NCBI GenBank assembly: GCA_950097015.1
Contig: CATNEN010000034.1
Span: 7,688,001-7,752,000 of the forward strand
DNA length: 64,000 nt
Direction: 5' to 3'
Source: Macrostomum hystrix
Taxonomy: Eukaryota > Animalia > Platyhelminthes
Part shown: piece by piece, positions 60,515-64,000 of the stretch
Layout of the letters: every line of letters begins with the position of its first letter
How positions within the stretch are numbered: the first letter of the stretch is position 1
Translations under genes and position numbers: made by a program
The notes under the pieces: model-generated
Seen by the model: the letters and a program-made list of their open reading frames with translations, nothing else
Databases searched by the model: none
What the model was told of the DNA's origin: nothing

Positions 60515-63022
60515 ATTCTTGAACGCTTACGAGTGCGTCAATGGGAAAAGCACGAGTGCGCGAAGCGCACGAGTCCTTTGGCCATAGACGCACGAGTAAG
60601 CGTTCATGAATTTCATTCTTATTAGAGCCATTCTAACCATAGACAAAATTCATATTAAGAATAAAGTGTAGGATTCATACATCGATTTTGCGTGCTTAAA
60701 TGGTCGATGCACGAGTGCGCACAGCGCACGAGTGCCATAGACCATTTAAGCACAAAAAATCGATGTATGAGTTGCATTGTATTACGTTGGCTTACTACTT
60801 TAGATGGCGCGTTAGATGCACGCTCAGTTAGACTTTGTCTTAACCATAGACAAAATGCGTGAAAGGCACGCAAGTTGATTGAGTGTTACGAAGAAGGGAA
60901 TAAGAAGCTGTTAAATTAAAATCACTTGTGAGAGAATATGGCTGAGCCACCAACTAAAGTCAGACTTCTGAATCTGAGCAAATTTCCGAACGAAATGATT
61001 TCCGGCTTGTCCACCAATGAGATTGACGACATCCTGAACGAGCCTGATAATCTACCGGAGTCGGCGATTGATCGAGAAGAGGAGGATCTTCTGGAGGCAC
61101 TTTTCAAGAAGATACCTGACGAAGAAGCTGAACTACTTGAATTGGAACAGCTCGTTTCCGAAATCGAGGACACCGCTGCTAGTAAGAGTGTGACAAAGGC
61201 TACCGAATATTATGTCGGTAAGTTGCAGAGCTTCATGGAGAACCATCCGTCAGTTCAGCGTGATTTGGCGACTTCTACACCGCGCGAGATCGATAGTCTA
61301 TTGCGATACTTCTATGGCTCACTTCGCAAGAGGAATGGCGAATACTTTGCTCCAGCCACGTTGATTTGCATCCGAGCTGCGCTCTACCGGCATTTCATGT
61401 CGACAAGGCGAATCAATATTCTAACTGACGACGCATTCTATGCTTCCAATACGACACTGAAGTCAATGGGCAGAATCTTCATTGCCCGAGGCGGACGCGC
61501 CCGACACTTTCAATCGATCGAGCCTGTTGATCTGAAGAGGCTGTCTGACTACTTCGATCGGAAATCTCCAGAGGTGCTACTTCATGAAGTGTACTACAAC
61601 ATTATTTTCTACTTTGGAAACAGAAAACAGAGGTCGCGAGTGGATCCGTTCACTGAGCGATGATTCCTTTCGATTCGAGACGGATTCCGATGGGATTGAA
61701 GTGGTGCGCTTTGTTGCTGGAACAGTAAAGAATGTTGGCAAAGAACTCTCCAGGAACTCGTGTGACGATGTCAAGCAAGCTGTTATGAGTGCGTTGCCAG
61801 ACAGAAGCCGCTGCCCTGTGGAAGCTATGAAGCTCTATTTAGCTCAGCGTGAGCAATCCATTCCATCAAGCAGTTCGGAGACGGTGAAAAGATATCCTTT
61901 CTTCTTACTGCCGAAAAAGACTGGTTGGGCAAATGGAGCATGGTACTGCCCGAACAAGGCAATTGGTGTGAATCCCTTGGGCCAGCTGATGACCGTCATT
62001 TCAAAGAAGGCGAATTTATCAAAGTCATACACTGCGCACTGCATTCGATCCACGGTAATAAAGGAGCTATCTAACGCAGGTTACAGTGTGTCTGATATCT
62101 GCAAAGTGACTGGCCATAAGCAGACGCGAACTGTAGAACGCTACTTACGCTTTGGCTCCAGAAGGGACGGTGAAATGCGAGACATGTCGGTCAGCTTGGC
62201 TTCTGCACTACACAAGGATGATTCCATGCAAGACGTGATTATGAAAGACTCTTCTACCGTCATGAGCCAGTCACTGATTATTTCTGACACGTCGGACGTT
62301 GCTGGTGGGACGCCAAGTGATGACGCCAAGAAGAAGCCAACTGTGGTTTACAACTTCTACAACACTGTCAACAACTGCACGTTCAATTCTTAGAGTGAGT
62401 AATAGCAATGAACTTTTCCCATACTGAACTTCCAAATGCAGAACGCCTTCATCTTCATTCGCTTTCCCTGTCTGTGCACCTGCTAACCGTTCCTGTTACT
62501 GTAACTGTAATCGGGATTTACAAAAGCCTGTGTAGGGACCGAAAGGACGGGGGGGTGTGGGGGGCAAAGCACCCCACGATGTGAATACACAATAAGCGAT
62601 GTAAAGCATTTTCAATGACTTAAAACGGAAATCACTTGGGTCAGGCGTCTACACAGTCTACCTTGTTTACACAATTCCATGTTGTTCGTTCGTTGTACTT
62701 GTAGCAGAAGTATACTTATTAAAATATACTCACTTTCCGTGCATTACACGCGTTAGACGCACGCTTGTTGTTTTTACTCAGATAGAAAATTGCCATAGAC
62801 AACTACATTAGACGCACAGTAAATCGTGCATCTAACACGCGCCAGCGTGATACAATGTGGAGGGAGGAAAGAGAGAAGGGGTTAAAAATAAATCAAATAC
62901 ATATAAATAAATTGTTTGCGTGCAGGAACGGAGAGTGTCATTCCTGCACGATGTCCATGTGTAAAACAGTGGAGATTTGGCCATAGATTATTTCATTCCT
63001 GCACGACTGCCTTCATTCTTGA
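60515..63022 (+). mobile_element. Crypton-type tyrosine-recombinase DNA transposon, about 2.5 kb (ends inferred)
   Basis: Tyrosine-recombinase ORF plus hairpin/inverted-repeat-rich flanks. The 8-bp direct repeat ATTCTTGA occurs at 60515-60522 and 63015-63022. Confidence 0.65.
60938..62393 (+). pseudogene. Crypton/DUF3504-type tyrosine recombinase, frameshifted by a 7-bp tandem duplication (482 aa if repaired)
   Basis: The two overlapping ORFs join as YFGN-RGRE when one AAACAGA copy (61618-61624 / 61625-61631) is removed. Motifs YFAPATL..IRAALYRHF, RGRE, TVKN, RCPV..KLYL, WY...IG.N.L, YTAHCIRST, VTGHK...VERY and terminal NNCTFN. Confidence 0.85.
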
Positions 63023-63056
63023 GACTTTTTGTATTTTTTTAATAAACTCTGTGTGT

Positions 63057-63505
63057 TTAAAATTGAGTTTTAAATGTCACAATGTCACCATCGCTGATGT
63101 TCATAGAGTTATTCTGATTCACAATGAACCACATCTGACCACGATCATCGTCTCCTTTTCTAACGATGATTGTGATGCCGTTGCCGCATTGTGCGTAGAT
63201 CTCGTGATTATGGTAATAATTAGCTATTATAATCTTCTTAGAGCCATGCCTAGCGTCTTCGAATCGGAATAAGGCTGGCCTTTTGGTTGAAACGTCCAAA
63301 AAGAACTTCGTCTCCAATGTGAGCTTTCGATTGACCGGCTTGTATCAACTTTGACGCCAATGCGATTCCCAGTTTGCACATTCGTCAGCGAAACCAGCGA
63401 GCTTTGGCTGATGACTGCGCGTTTCGAAGCTGCAAGAGGCAGTGCTAGGCAGAGTGCCAGCAGGACCAGCGTCAGTAGGATGACAGAACTGCTTTGATTG
63501 GGCAT
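63057..63505 (-). pseudogene. Secreted small beta-trefoil/MIR-like protein with a 1-nt frameshift near 63344 (about 149 aa if repaired)
   Basis: ORF 63505-63227 begins with a signal peptide and VISQSSLVSLTNVQTG. The overlapping frame continues YKPVNRKLTLETKFF..GQMWFIV..NISDGDIVTFKTQF. One added base at GAT-(T)AC fuses them. An ATTAAA follows the stop. Confidence 0.45.
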
Positions 63506-64000
63506 TCCAATTCAATTTCTGGCAGTTTCAATAAACGAACCGAGAAATTGGAGTTTGATTTGAATTTCTCAGAAGCTTATATAGAGCTTTTGTTTGATTG
63601 GAATTTTTAACGTTAAGCGCAGACGAGCAGAGAAAACTGTTTCTTTCCTAGGAACTACATTTTTACCTTCAGGAATGCAGATGACGTTGTGGTTGCGTTG
63701 CAATCAATAAGGAAAAGTTTAACTTGATTCACTCCTCAGGAGTATCTCCGTGCATGTGGCTTTGCTTCAAGTTGGATACATATTTTCAACTAAAATTTGA
63801 AACCGCTATCAGATACAGAAATTATTATTTCTTACAGAGAAGCACTGGTGGCGTGATTGTCGGCTGTCGAAATTTTAGCATGAGATTCGTCGATGTTTGG
63901 GATGAGATTGCCTGACGTTCAGCATTAGAATGCAGCAGGGGATTGGCTCGAAGACACGAAAACGAGACAAACTTTAAAAGCACAGGCATTGTAACTTTCC

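Noticed and set aside
61618-61631. A micro-intron or programmed frameshift rescuing the recombinase
   Set aside because: There is no GT donor, 7 nt is too short for an intron, and there is no standard slippery heptamer; a simple tandem duplication explains it.

Overview
Eukaryotic (animal) genomic DNA with GT-AG introns and very dense minisatellites. The style suggests a free-living flatworm such as Macrostomum, but this is inference only. 766-12000 is five near-identical 2247-bp tandem units, each carrying two tRNA-derived SINEs and no credible gene. The rest holds about 20 different mini/microsatellite arrays and these genes. Plus strand: a divergent class-A GPCR (2 exons), an NHL-repeat protein, RTCB (4 exons, 505 aa), an OSR1/SPAK kinase (4 exons), YPEL5 (uninterrupted CDS) and an SLC6 transporter (10 exons, unusual Na1 site). 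Minus strand: a secreted Cys-rich antistasin-like protein, a 578-aa polyQ orphan ORF and a frameshifted secreted beta-trefoil-like ORF. The most striking element is a ~2.5-kb Crypton-type tyrosine-recombinase transposon (about 60515-63022). All its catalytic residues are present, it is broken only by a 7-bp duplication, and its ends carry hairpins and inverted repeats. Exon boundaries were worked out by hand from splice consensus, reading phase and remembered homolog sequences; no database searches were run.
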